A DNA stretch of 64,000 bases from Bdellovibrionales bacterium (lineage in GTDB: Bacteria > Bdellovibrionota > Bdellovibrionia > Bdellovibrionales > JAUICD01), in the NCBI GenBank assembly GCA_965203275.1, contig OZ241865.1, forward strand, positions 2,432,001 to 2,496,000. Direction: 5' to 3'. Positions 34,192-43,792 of the stretch are shown here, in pieces; within the stretch, counting starts at the first letter, position 1, and each line of letters starts with the position of its first letter. The position numbers were made by a program, and so were the translations under genes. The notes below the pieces were generated by a model. It had not been told where the DNA came from. It saw nothing but the letters and a program-made list of their open reading frames with translations, and searched no databases.

Positions 34192-35664
34192 ATGTCTCTT
34201 AAAATTTATAACACATTAACTCAAAAAAAAGAAATATTTCAACCCTTAGAAAAAAACAAGGTTCGTATGTATGTTTGCGGGCCAACTGTGTACGGACTTT
34301 TACACATAGGGAATTTTAGAGGAGCTATTTTCTTTAATCTTGTCAGAAATTACTTTGAACATTTAAACTATGAAGTCACTTATGTTTATAACTACACAGA
34401 TATTGACGATAAAATTATTCATAAAGCAAAGCAAGAGTCTCTATCTACTCAAGAGGTTGCCCAAAAATATATCCATGAATTTGAAAAAGATTATAAAGCT
34501 CTAGGTTTAAGACCACATACTCATAATCCTAAAGCAACTGATCATATCTCTGACATGATTGCTATGATTCAAACTCTTATCGACAGTGGACATGCTTATG
34601 TGACAGAAAGCGGTGAAGTATTTTATTCTATAAAAACTTTTAAAAAATATGGACAGCTTTCTGGTAAAGATATTGCAGACTTACAAGCTGGAGCAAGAAT
34701 AGAGATCAATGATCAAAAAAAATATCCTCTTGATTTTACATTATGGAAACCAAGTAAAGAAGGAGAACCTGCATGGGATGCTCCTTGGTGCAAAGGTCGG
34801 CCAGGATGGCATATTGAATGTTCTGTGATGAATTGGAAACTCATAGGCGAGAGCATTGATATTCATGGAGGAGGGGTTGATTTGATTTTCCCACATCATG
34901 AAAATGAAACAGCACAAAGTGAAGGGGCATTTAATAAAAGATTTGCTCAATATTGGATGCACCATCACTTAATTCAATTTGGTTCAGAAAAAATGTCAAA
35001 ATCACTTGGCAATATTATTACCACTCGTAGCTTTTTAAAAGAACATCATCCTGAAATTTTAAAATACATGATGTTAATGAGTCATTATCGATCTGTTTCT
35101 GTTTTTTCAGAGGATCAAGTACAGCATGCTATTTTTGGATTGATGCGTATTTATTCTGCTCTATCTTTAGCTTCTCAAATACAAAAAACAACATCAGAGC
35201 CTCAGCCCTTACCTAAAGATTTCAAAGAGCTATTACAGACAACAGAAGAAAAAATAACTTTAGCCCTTAACGATGACTTTAACACTCCACAGATGTTTGC
35301 TTGTATCTTTGATGTTGTAAGAGCCTTTAATGAGATATGTCAAAACAAACCTCAAGTTACTCTTTCAAAGGTCGCAGACGCCTTTAAAAATTTTATCAAG
35401 AAACAAGGATACTTGTTAGCTCTTTTTCAAGAAGATACAGATGTTTTCATTCAACAAATAGAAGATATATTATTAGCAAAAAGACATCTTAAAAGAGAAG
35501 AAATCAATCAGCTCGTGAAAGAGAGGAATGAAGCCCGTTTGAAAAAAGATTACAAAAAAAGTGATCAGATCAGAAACATTTTATTAGAAAAAAATATAGA
35601 AATTCGTGATGTTAAAAATCAGCAAGGAGTTAAAACTTTATGGACGATCAAACAATACAAATAG
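34192..35664 (+). CDS. cysS: Cysteine--tRNA ligase
   Basis: YVCGPTVY, HIGN, GRPGWHIECS, KMSKS. Confidence 0.98.
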   Translation: MSLKIYNTLTQKKEIFQPLEKNKVRMYVCGPTVYGLLHIGNFRGAIFFNLVRNYFEHLNYEVTYVYNYTDIDDKIIHKAKQESLSTQEVAQKYIHEFEKDYKALGLRPHTHNPKATDHISDMIAMIQTLIDSGHAYVTESGEVFYSIKTFKKYGQLSGKDIADLQAGARIEINDQKKYPLDFTLWKPSKEGEPAWDAPWCKGRPGWHIECSVMNWKLIGESIDIHGGGVDLIFPHHENETAQSEGAFNKRFAQYWMHHHLIQFGSEKMSKSLGNIITTRSFLKEHHPEILKYMMLMSHYRSVSVFSEDQVQHAIFGLMRIYSALSLASQIQKTTSEPQPLPKDFKELLQTTEEKITLALNDDFNTPQMFACIFDVVRAFNEICQNKPQVTLSKVADAFKNFIKKQGYLLALFQEDTDVFIQQIEDILLAKRHLKREEINQLVKERNEARLKKDYKKSDQIRNILLEKNIEIRDVKNQQGVKTLWTIKQYK

Positions 35665-35672
35665 GTGAATAA

Positions 35673-36815
35673 ATGAAACCAACTATTTTGTGTGTAGATG
35701 ATGAGATAGATAACGTTGAAGCTTTAGAAAGAACTTTTCGTAGATCTTACAGTGTCTTAACAGCTACTTCTGGTATAAAAGCCCTTAAGTTATTAGAGAA
35801 GCATGAAGTGGCTGTGATCATTAGTGACCAACGTATGCCTCAAATGAAAGGTGTTGAATTTTTACAAAAGTCTATATTATCTCATCCTGACACTATTCGT
35901 ATACTCTTGACAGGTTATAGTGATATGGGTTCTGTCGTAGACGCTATTAATACAGGTGAAGTCTATCGTTATATTACTAAACCTTGGAATATACATGACC
36001 TGCAAGCTACTGTTGCAAGAGCTGTAGAACGCTATCAAATGAAAAAAGAACTTCAACAGAAAACAAAAGCCCTTGGAACAGCTTATAAAAAACTTCAACA
36101 ACTTGATGAAGCTAAGTCACAGTTTATGTTACTGATTCACCATGAACTGAAAACACCTCTCACGACAATTTCTAGTTTTTTACAGTTATTAACCCAATCA
36201 GATCTCAATCAAGATCAAAGTCTCTATTGCAAAAAGATTCAGGAGGGAACACATCGCTTAAATGAGCTTATTGTTTCTGTATTAGAAATTATGGAGGTAG
36301 AAACAGGTCACGTGCAACCACATTTTACCCAAACGCTCCTTAAACCTCTCATAGAAGATTTGACCACACAAGTAGCCCCTTTAGCTCACAAAAAAGAACA
36401 AACATTTGATCTTCACATTCCAGAAGTTTTTATTTATGCAGATAAGATCATGCTAGAAAAGGCATTGAAAAAATTACTTCAAAATGCCATTGCATTTGGA
36501 GATTCTAAAACAACTGTGATCGTGCAAGCCATTTTAAAAGAAAATCAAATGGTTGAGATCAGTGTGGTCAATCAAGGTCCAACACTCTCACAAAGTATCA
36601 TCGACCAAATATTACAACCATTTGTTCTCAACGAAGATAGTATGCATCACAGTAAGGGACTTGGACTTGGACTTAAGTTTTGTCAGGCTCTACTTAAATG
36701 TCATAACTGTCAACTCCAAATTTCTAGTCAAAATCACACTGTCAAAGCAAGCTTTACTCTGCCAATCTATGTATCTCAAAATGCTGTCAACACTCAAAAA
36801 AATATGTCACAATAG
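35673..36815 (+). CDS. Hybrid response regulator/sensor histidine kinase
   Basis: Receiver (VDDE, SDQRMP, KPW), HELKTPL H-box, GLGLGL. Confidence 0.93.
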   Translation: MKPTILCVDDEIDNVEALERTFRRSYSVLTATSGIKALKLLEKHEVAVIISDQRMPQMKGVEFLQKSILSHPDTIRILLTGYSDMGSVVDAINTGEVYRYITKPWNIHDLQATVARAVERYQMKKELQQKTKALGTAYKKLQQLDEAKSQFMLLIHHELKTPLTTISSFLQLLTQSDLNQDQSLYCKKIQEGTHRLNELIVSVLEIMEVETGHVQPHFTQTLLKPLIEDLTTQVAPLAHKKEQTFDLHIPEVFIYADKIMLEKALKKLLQNAIAFGDSKTTVIVQAILKENQMVEISVVNQGPTLSQSIIDQILQPFVLNEDSMHHSKGLGLGLKFCQALLKCHNCQLQISSQNHTVKASFTLPIYVSQNAVNTQKNMSQ

Positions 36816-36821
36816 GTATAT

Positions 36822-37847
36822 ATGATTAGAAAACTGCTTGCTTTTTTAGGTGTTGTTTTTTTCTTGGTTTTATTAGGAGCCTCTTATCAAATTTTTGTAT
36901 GGGTGACTCTGCCTCATAAGACACAAGCAGAAAGCCAAATTTTTCAAGTCATAAAAGGGCAATCTACTGATCAAATAGCCTTAGCATTAGAACAAAAAGA
37001 TCTTATCCATAATGCTTTATTTTTTAAGTTTTATAGTCAAGCCACTCGTCAGGGTAGAAAAATCAAAGCAGGAGAATATCGTCTTTCTGCTACTATGAAA
37101 ATACCAGAAATACTTGATATTCTCACATTAGGAAAAAGTATTTCTTATCCTGTCACTTTCCCTGAAGGGATCAATATTTATGAAATGGCAGAAATATTAG
37201 AAAATAAAAATATCGTTCAAAAAGATAAATTTTTAAAAGCTTGTAAGGATCAAGCCCTTATTCAAAGGTTATTAGGCCAAAAACTTTTAAGCCTAGAAGG
37301 TTATCTCTTCCCTGAAACATATCATTTTGAAAAGAACACTCAAGTTCAAATTGTGATTGAAACAATGGTAAAAAGATTTCTGAAGGTTTATAGAGAAGTT
37401 ATGTCTGAAGAAAATGCCAAGACCTCTCTGAGCCAACATGATGTTGTGCTATTAGCTAGTATTGTAGAAAAAGAAACAAGTATAGATTATGAAAGACCTC
37501 ATATTGCGTCTGTGTTTTTTAATAGATTAAATAAAAAGATGAGATTGCAATCTGACCCCACCATTATTTATGGTATTTTAGTTCAAACAGGTCAATTGAT
37601 AAAAAATATCAAAAAAAAACATATTACAACCTATAATCCATACAACACTTATACGATTCATGGATTGCCTTTAGAGCCTATTGCCAATCCTGGTCAGCAA
37701 TCTATCCATGCAGTGATTTTTCCAAAACAAACAGATGATCTTTATTTTGTAAGTCGTAATGATGGGACACATTACTTTTCTAAAACTTATGATGAGCATA
37801 AAAAGGCAGTTAGAAAATATCAAATACGTGGTATAAATAAAAAATGA
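36822..37847 (+). CDS. mltG: Endolytic transglycosylase MltG
   Basis: LEGYLFPETY, ASIVEKET, LQSDPT, YNTY, LYFV. Confidence 0.95.
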   Translation: MIRKLLAFLGVVFFLVLLGASYQIFVWVTLPHKTQAESQIFQVIKGQSTDQIALALEQKDLIHNALFFKFYSQATRQGRKIKAGEYRLSATMKIPEILDILTLGKSISYPVTFPEGINIYEMAEILENKNIVQKDKFLKACKDQALIQRLLGQKLLSLEGYLFPETYHFEKNTQVQIVIETMVKRFLKVYREVMSEENAKTSLSQHDVVLLASIVEKETSIDYERPHIASVFFNRLNKKMRLQSDPTIIYGILVQTGQLIKNIKKKHITTYNPYNTYTIHGLPLEPIANPGQQSIHAVIFPKQTDDLYFVSRNDGTHYFSKTYDEHKKAVRKYQIRGINKK

Positions 37848-38830
37848 GTTATTTAATAGAAGATTTATTAAAAAAATTTACAGAAAGTGCTTTTCAGGGG
37901 CCTATTCCTTACTCATTGCAACATGATTGGAAAGAAAGCCAATGTCATTTGCTAACAATTTGTGCAACCCATGGTGATGAAATAGGTTCTCTGCCATCGG
38001 CTCTTAAATTTTTTAAAAAATTCACAGAAAAAAATACAACATTTAAAGGAAAATGGACATTGATTTGGGGCAACCCTCAAGCAAGTCAAGTGCGACAACG
38101 ATTTATTGAAAAAGATCTCAATCGGCTTTATGGTAAACTTGATCACACTTCTTTAGAATCAAAACGAGCCTCTGAAATTGCTCCTATAATTAAGACTGCA
38201 CATTTTTTTGTAGATTTTCATCAAACAATTATTCCTACGCTTGTACCTTTTTATTGTGCAAGAGACTATAAAAAATCTTATCATCTTGCAAGGGCTTTAG
38301 GAGGTATTACAAATCTTTTTTTATCACCGAAGTTTTTGCAAGAAGATCAAAGAAATAATTTTAAAAATCATCCAGAGATCAAAACACAAAATGATTTTGC
38401 TACCTGGCATGGAATTCCTTCTCTTACAGTAGAAATTGGTATTAAAGGCTTTAATAGATCATCAGAATTAATGGCTTGTCATTTATTTGAAAAGCTTATA
38501 AATATTGCTTCTCATTGTTTTAATTTTTCAGAAGATAACACTCTTGAAAATTTTGCTATGCAAAATCCTTCTTTATCTATTTTTAAATGTGTCTACAAAC
38601 AAATTTTTGATGATCCTGAGATGTCATTAAATTCTGGTTTTAAAAACTTTTCTCCTATACAAGAAGGCGAAATCATAGGTTATAAAGATAGAAATAAAAA
38701 GTTTGCTTTATTAGCACCTCAAAATGGGGTGATTATTTTCCCAAAATATCCTCAAAGAGATGAACAAGGAATAGCAAAAAATCCCTTACCTGAATATTTG
38801 TATTGCCTTGCAAACGTCCTAATTCACTAA
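37844..38830 (+). CDS. Succinylglutamate desuccinylase/aspartoacylase (M14-like) family protein
   Basis: THGDE, GNP, DLNR, DFH, TVEIG. Confidence 0.85.
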   Translation: MSYLIEDLLKKFTESAFQGPIPYSLQHDWKESQCHLLTICATHGDEIGSLPSALKFFKKFTEKNTTFKGKWTLIWGNPQASQVRQRFIEKDLNRLYGKLDHTSLESKRASEIAPIIKTAHFFVDFHQTIIPTLVPFYCARDYKKSYHLARALGGITNLFLSPKFLQEDQRNNFKNHPEIKTQNDFATWHGIPSLTVEIGIKGFNRSSELMACHLFEKLINIASHCFNFSEDNTLENFAMQNPSLSIFKCVYKQIFDDPEMSLNSGFKNFSPIQEGEIIGYKDRNKKFALLAPQNGVIIFPKYPQRDEQGIAKNPLPEYLYCLANVLIH

Positions 38831-39331
38831 AGTCACTTTCTCTAAAAGTAAACCAGCCTCTGGCTGCTTTTGGACATTACTCTGACAGCTTACGCTGTCT
38901 AAAAAGAGCAATGTCTCAAAAGTCCGTTTACTTTTAGTAGGAAGGATATCTTCGTCTCTTGACCACATGTTAAGGAAAAAGAGTTTCAGTTTTTGTTTTT
39001 TTTTATTTTTTTAGATTCTGCGTAACCTCAAACAAGAAGTAATTAGATGGAGGATGGGGCAGAGGGAGACTGGAGGAGTTTGGTTCACTCAAAATGAGCC
39101 ACACCTCTGGTTCACTAAAAGTAAACCAGCCTCTGGCTACTTTTGGACATTGCTCTGACAGCTTACGCTGTCTAAAAAGAGCAATGTCTCAAAAGTCCGT
39201 TTACTTTTAGTAGGAAGGATCCCTTCTTTTTTTAATACCATGTTAGGGAAACAAGATATTTATTTCCCGTTGGCAAAATGGTCATTGTCTCATTTGATTT
39301 TCACTAAAAGTAAACCAACCTATGGTTGTTT
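38823..39331. repeat. Structured repeat cluster
   Basis: Two family-1 units with ACATTGCTCT-type inner stem, a partial family-2 unit, and a last unit cut off at 39331. Confidence 0.9.
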
Positions 39332-39696
39332 CCTGAGTTTGACAGTTGATTTGCAAATATGGATATCTTTTTTTTTAGAATGTTTTATTTATAGCTGTTA
39401 GAGGTTTGTAAGTTTTGATTTTTAAATTTTGGTAGAATTTCTAGTGAAGTATGTTTTTGTGAATTTTTATCAATAAAGTCTTGATATAGAAAGCTATACA
39501 TTATTGAGTAAAATGATGATGAAAAATAATGTAAAACATGAGAGGTCTAAAAATAAGGGGGAAAGATGAAGTGTCAGATGAATACATCAATGATCTCCTA
39601 GGTTAAAAAGTTCGCATTGTAGTGGCACAAAATCTTATTGCACTTATAGCCTACTGAAATCTCACAGCTTTATTTTTTCAGGCTGTCAAACTCAGG
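39332..39696. mobile_element. 365-bp non-autonomous IS derivative/MITE
   Basis: Perfect 14-bp terminal inverted repeats CCTGAGTTTGACAG / CTGTCAAACTCAGG; no intact ORF inside. Confidence 0.65.
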
Positions 39697-39908
39697 ACTT
39701 ACTTAAGGATGTTCCTATCCGCTTTTTCTTAATTCTTTAAAAGTGCTTGACTTCGCCCCTAAATAAGATATTTTTACAAAGATTATCAAGGTTTACGTTT
39801 ACTTCTAAAAAATAAGAAAAAGCCCTTTTAATCAAAGTTTTAATCTTGTATGTACTTTATTGTTATTTAACTTAAAAATTTAGACCAATTTAAAAGGAGT
39901 ACCAAACA

Positions 39909-40592
39909 ATGAGAAATATATTTTTTTCTTTATCTTTATTTTTGAGCACGATTGGATGTCAAAATTTAAAACCTACTCAAAATACACAAAATACACAAAA
40001 TACAAGCAACACGGATTTAACGCATGCTAGTCGTTACGGCCATATAGAGGTTGTAAAGGAATTGCTAGCGAAAAGGGCTAATGTCAATTATCAAGACGGC
40101 TATGGCTGGACGGCTTTAATGTATGCTAGTCGTTACCGCTATATAGAAATTGTAAAGGCATTGCTAGCGGCCGGAGCCAACGTCAATCTTCAAGACAAAG
40201 ATGGCTGGACGGCTTTAATGTATGCTAGTTATTACGGCCATATAGAGATTGCAAAGGAATTGCTAGCAAACGGAGCTAACGTCAATCTTCAAGATGAAAA
40301 GGGTGGTGATACGGCTTTAATATTGGCTAGTGAGAAAGGCCATATAGAAATTGTAAAGGCATTGCTAGCGGCCGGGGCTAACGTCAATTTTCAAAACAAA
40401 TATGGCGAAAAAGATGGCAAGACGGCTTTAATGGTTGCAAGCATGCATGGCCATATTGAGGTTGTAAAGTTATTGCTAGAAAAGGGTGCTAAAGTCGATC
40501 TTCAAGACAACAGAGGCAGTACGGCTTTAATGATGGCTAGAGATAAAGAACATACTGATATTGTAAGACTCTTAAAAGAGGCGACAGAATAA
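39909..40592 (+). CDS. Ankyrin-repeat lipoprotein
   Basis: Lipobox-like TIGC; about six ankyrin repeats; AAGGAG RBS. Confidence 0.92.
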   Translation: MRNIFFSLSLFLSTIGCQNLKPTQNTQNTQNTSNTDLTHASRYGHIEVVKELLAKRANVNYQDGYGWTALMYASRYRYIEIVKALLAAGANVNLQDKDGWTALMYASYYGHIEIAKELLANGANVNLQDEKGGDTALILASEKGHIEIVKALLAAGANVNFQNKYGEKDGKTALMVASMHGHIEVVKLLLEKGAKVDLQDNRGSTALMMARDKEHTDIVRLLKEATE

Positions 40593-40686
40593 TTATCTAT
40601 TTAATAAGAATATACGGGCCGTAGCAAACGGCCTTTATGCTCAATTCAAGTCGGGCTTTAGACTTACTTAAGGATAAAAAACATAT

Positions 40687-40812
40687 CTTATTTCCTTAAC
40701 ATTTCACTCAAAATAAACTGGCCTCTAGCCACTTTTGGATAGCCGTCGGGCTAACTGCCAGAAAACATGCCAGAGGCATGATGCATTTTGAGTGAAATGT
40801 TAAGGAAACAAT
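40687..40812. repeat. Chimeric family-1 repeat unit
   Basis: TTTCCTTAACATTTCACTC...GAGTGAAATGTTAAGGAAA inverted ends. Confidence 0.85.
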
Positions 40813-40954
40813 TCCTTCTAATACCTCCTAACCTGACTGTAAGATTTTCTTTTGCATTTAACAAAAACAATGGTTAAAATACAGTTTATAAAATAAAGTG
40901 AAGCAAATCACATCAAGATCAGAAATATCAAAACAACAAAATAAGGAGATAACA

Positions 40955-43036
40955 ATGCAAGTGTCCCCCCATCAAAACTCTAATACTAATACAAAGATTC
41001 AAAACCCTTTTTTAAAAAAGTTTGAAGGATTTGATGCAGCTATTCCTTTTGAAAAAATCCAAACAGAACACTATCAACCTGCACTAAAAGAAGCCATTAA
41101 AATAGCTAGCTTAAATATTTCAAAAATAAAAGAGGCTTCAACACCTCCTACATTTCAAAATACCATTGAAGCTTTAGAAACCTCTACAGAAGATATGCAA
41201 GCTGTTTGTAGTGTTTTCTTTAATCTTTTAAACTCAGATATGAGCGATCAGCTACAAGCTTTAGCTCCTCAAATATCTACCCTTAAAGCATCCTTTCAAA
41301 GTGATGTCTTGTTAGACGAAAAACTTTTTCATAAAGTAGAAAAGGTTTATAAAGAATCACTTCAGCAACTAGATACAGAACAAAAACGCCTTACAGAAAA
41401 TACTTATAAAAGTTTCGTACGTAATGGAGCTTTACTCTCTCCTGATCACAAAAAAAAAATCCGTGAAATAGATCAAAAACTGGCTACACTATTCCCACAA
41501 TTTTCAGAAAGAAACCTCAAAGCCATGGAGGCTTTTGAACTCCATATCAAAGATCAAAACATTGTGAAAGGCTTACCTAACTCTACTATTTACTCAGCTT
41601 TGGAAAAAGCAAAACAAAAAAAAGTGTCTGGTTATCTTTTTGGACTAGAGATGCCTAGTTATATTCCTTTTATGACTTACTGCACTCATCGTAATCTGCG
41701 AGAGAAAATGTGGAGGGCCTATAGCAGTCGATGTGTAGGAGGTCCATTTGATACTTCGGATATTATCAATCAAATTGTACAGCTTAAATATAAAAGGGCA
41801 AAACTTCTTGGATACCAAAATCATGCAGACTATGTATTAGAAGAGCGTATGGCTAAGTCTGTTGATCAAGTCAATGCCTTTCTTCAACAACTCATTGATG
41901 CAAGTTTTCCTGTTGCCCAAAAGGACCTAGAACGTCTTAAAAAATTATTTTTAAAGGATCACCCTGGTCAAAATATTAAAGCTTGGGATATTTTATATTA
42001 TCAAGAGAAATTAAAAGCTCAACAATTTGCCTTCCATCAAGAAGAACTAAGGCCTTATTTTCCACTTGATCAAGTATTGCAAGGGGCCTTTGACTTAGCA
42101 GGTCGGCTTTACAATTTAGATTTTAAAAAAAGAAACGACATTTCTAAATACCATCCCGAAGTAGAAGTTTACGAAGTTATAGAGAAAACAACAAGAGAAT
42201 ATAAAGCTTTGTTTTATACAGATTTTTTCCCTCGTTCTACAAAGAGAACAGGAGCATGGATGACCACCTTTAGAGAACAGGGATTGCACCAAGGCCAAGT
42301 GAAAAGACCTCACGTCAGTATTGTATGTAATTTCACAAGACCTACAGCAGATCAGCCATCTTTGCTAACCTTTGAAGAAAGTGAAACTCTTTTCCATGAG
42401 TTTGGACATGCTTTGCATGCCATATTATCTGATTGTCGATATGTCAGCCTAGCTAGTCCAAATGTGTACTGGGATTTTGTGGAACTACCTTCACAATTTA
42501 TGCAAAATTGGTTGATGGAAAAACCCGTCTTAGATGCTTTTGCTCAACATTATCAAAATAAACAATCTATCCCAGAAGATTTATTTCAAAAAATAAAAGC
42601 CAGTCGTCAATATATGGCAGGGTACCGTAGTCTACGGCAAATTAATTTTGCCATATTGGATATGGCTTGGCATGCTCAAAACCCTGGATATGTTAAGGAT
42701 ATTGAAGCGTTTGAGAGAAAGTACACACAAAAAACAACTCTCTTACCACCTGAGGCAGGCACAAGTATTTCACACGCATTTGCACATATCTTTGGTGGAG
42801 GTTATTCCGCAGGATATTATTCTTACAAATGGGCAGAAGTCTTAGATGCAGATGCTTTTGAGCATTTCAAGTCCAATGGTTTATTTAATAAAGATATTGC
42901 AAACTCCTTTTGCAATAATATCTTAGCAAAAGGTGATACAGAAGACCCTATGATACTTTATGAAAGATTCAGAGGTCAAAAACCTAACATCCAAGCTCTT
43001 CTTAGGCGAGATGGGTTAATTAGCTCATCTGCCTAA
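40955..43036 (+). CDS. M3 family metallopeptidase (peptidyl-dipeptidase Dcp/oligopeptidase A-like)
   Basis: HEFGHALH, DFVELPSQ, GYSAGYYSYKWAEVL; AAGGAG RBS before ATG 40955. Confidence 0.95.
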   Translation: MQVSPHQNSNTNTKIQNPFLKKFEGFDAAIPFEKIQTEHYQPALKEAIKIASLNISKIKEASTPPTFQNTIEALETSTEDMQAVCSVFFNLLNSDMSDQLQALAPQISTLKASFQSDVLLDEKLFHKVEKVYKESLQQLDTEQKRLTENTYKSFVRNGALLSPDHKKKIREIDQKLATLFPQFSERNLKAMEAFELHIKDQNIVKGLPNSTIYSALEKAKQKKVSGYLFGLEMPSYIPFMTYCTHRNLREKMWRAYSSRCVGGPFDTSDIINQIVQLKYKRAKLLGYQNHADYVLEERMAKSVDQVNAFLQQLIDASFPVAQKDLERLKKLFLKDHPGQNIKAWDILYYQEKLKAQQFAFHQEELRPYFPLDQVLQGAFDLAGRLYNLDFKKRNDISKYHPEVEVYEVIEKTTREYKALFYTDFFPRSTKRTGAWMTTFREQGLHQGQVKRPHVSIVCNFTRPTADQPSLLTFEESETLFHEFGHALHAILSDCRYVSLASPNVYWDFVELPSQFMQNWLMEKPVLDAFAQHYQNKQSIPEDLFQKIKASRQYMAGYRSLRQINFAILDMAWHAQNPGYVKDIEAFERKYTQKTTLLPPEAGTSISHAFAHIFGGGYSAGYYSYKWAEVLDADAFEHFKSNGLFNKDIANSFCNNILAKGDTEDPMILYERFRGQKPNIQALLRRDGLISSSA

Positions 43037-43199
43037 GCATATTAAGAAAAATAGCCTTAAGAATTTACTTGCATATCAACATAAACTCAGAAATTATAAA
43101 AGATATAATGCATTGATATAGTTGAAACTATCTTGAATAAAGATTTTAAAAAAGATATTTCTTTTGATTATATGTATTTAATTATGGGAAGGTATCATT

Positions 43200-43790
43200 A
43201 TGAATGTTGAAAATACTTATACACAAACTTCTACAAGAGCATCTAAAGGGCAAGGTCCTTATGGACTTTTTTATGCTTCCCAAGTTGAACAAATCAAAGA
43301 TCGATTAGGAGATCTTGAAGGTATACGTAAGAATCTAAAGATGAGTCGTAGACAAATTTGTCAAATTTTGCTTGTCAACCCTTCCGCTTGGACAAGATGG
43401 ACAAAATCTAAGAAGGGGGCACCTCCTCATTTTTATAGAGCTTTAGAATGGCTTATATCTATTTACAGTCAACAAACCCATCAAAATAAATCTTTAGATT
43501 CTTCTCATTCTACAGATCTTGCAAACCAAAATCCTCAGGAAAGCCAAGATAAAAAAGACATCCAAACAGAAACTCATCAGCCTATATATTGGAAACAAAA
43601 TAGATTCAACAATATAGACTTTATAGAAAATCATAAAACACCTCTTATATCTCACAGTACAAGCAAAAATTCCAATGAAATGAAAATACTTAAAAGACAA
43701 ATTTTTATATTAAAATGGCTTGTTATCGTTCTTTGTGGATTTTTAATCTTTTTATCCATGCGATTATTTACAAAAGGATTGCTTTTTTAA
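43200..43790 (+). CDS. Putative HTH protein with C-terminal TM helix
   Basis: IRKNLKMSRRQICQILLVNPSAWTRW is XRE-like; hydrophobic C-terminus. Confidence 0.6.
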   Translation: MNVENTYTQTSTRASKGQGPYGLFYASQVEQIKDRLGDLEGIRKNLKMSRRQICQILLVNPSAWTRWTKSKKGAPPHFYRALEWLISIYSQQTHQNKSLDSSHSTDLANQNPQESQDKKDIQTETHQPIYWKQNRFNNIDFIENHKTPLISHSTSKNSNEMKILKRQIFILKWLVIVLCGFLIFLSMRLFTKGLLF

Positions 43791-43792
43791 AT

